The notes under the pieces: generated by a model
Database searches by the model: none
What the model was told of the DNA's origin: nothing
What the model saw: the letters and a program-made list of their open reading frames with translations, nothing else
In this document: in pieces, positions 63,766 through 64,000 of the stretch
How the letters are laid out: the number at the start of each line of letters is the position of its first letter
How positions within the stretch are numbered: the stretch's first letter is position 1
DNA from: an uncultured Acidobacteriota bacterium
GTDB taxonomy: Bacteria > Acidobacteriota > Vicinamibacteria > Fen-336
NCBI GenBank assembly: GCA_963720545.1
Contig: OY970399.1
Location: 384,001 to 448,000 of the forward strand
Length of the DNA stretch: 64,000 nucleotides
Direction of reading: 5' to 3'
Translations under genes and position numbers: made by a program

Positions 63766-64000
63766 GCGTCCTCGTGACCGGCGCCGCCGGCTTCATCGGC
63801 TCTCACCTCGTCGACAGCCTGCTGCGTGACGGCGGCGAGGACGTCATCGGCATCGACTCGTTCGTCGACTACTATCCGCGCGCCATCAAGGAGCGCAACC
63901 TCGAGGCCGCGCGCCGCGACCCGCGTTTCCGCTTCGTGGCGGGCGCGCTGCAGGACCAGGATCTCGGCTCGCTGCTGCAGGACGAAGACGTGAGCGTCGT
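63762..64000 (+). CDS. NAD-dependent nucleotide-sugar epimerase/dehydratase (partial, runs off window)
   Basis: Manual translation: MSVLVTGAAGFIGSHLVDSLL...GIDSFVDYY..AIKERN. Confidence 0.88.
   Translation, partial: MSVLVTGAAGFIGSHLVDSLLRDGGEDVIGIDSFVDYYPRAIKERNLEAARRDPRFRFVAGALQDQDLGSLLQDEDVSV

Overview
High-GC chromosomal window whose gene content points to Acidobacteriota (inference from the carboxypeptidase-domain TonB receptor, CRTAC1/TPR clusters, kinase-propeller protein and lolCDE-clpC-bamA gene order). The left 21 kb is accessory. It holds a probable trehalose/alpha-glucoside uptake locus: membrane pentaheme cytochrome c-TPR protein, trehalase, a heavily frameshifted TonB-dependent receptor, a glycogen-debranching-like hydrolase, an MFS sugar permease, two CRTAC1/ASPIC-UnbV proteins and two TPR proteins. 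Next come a deiodinase-like selenoprotein (in-frame UGA plus SECIS-like hairpin, split in two by the ORF track) and a Ser/Thr kinase gene bracketed by two same-orientation composite repeat elements (17/18-bp tandem units plus a covarying REP-like hairpin). The rest is mostly housekeeping: spoIID-like, tonB, lipid A genes including a FabZ-LpxA fusion, skp, bamA, clpC, lolD, lolC/E, lysS, nusB, ribH, thiolase/hbd/crt, a LeuD-LeuC-type fusion with leuB, a SpoIVB-like peptidase pair, an ECF sigma/anti-sigma pair, ampG head-to-head with a class A beta-lactamase homologue lacking Glu166, aroC, def, fmt, rsmB, a PASTA protein and rpe. I saw no rRNA, tRNA, CRISPR array, integrase or transposase.
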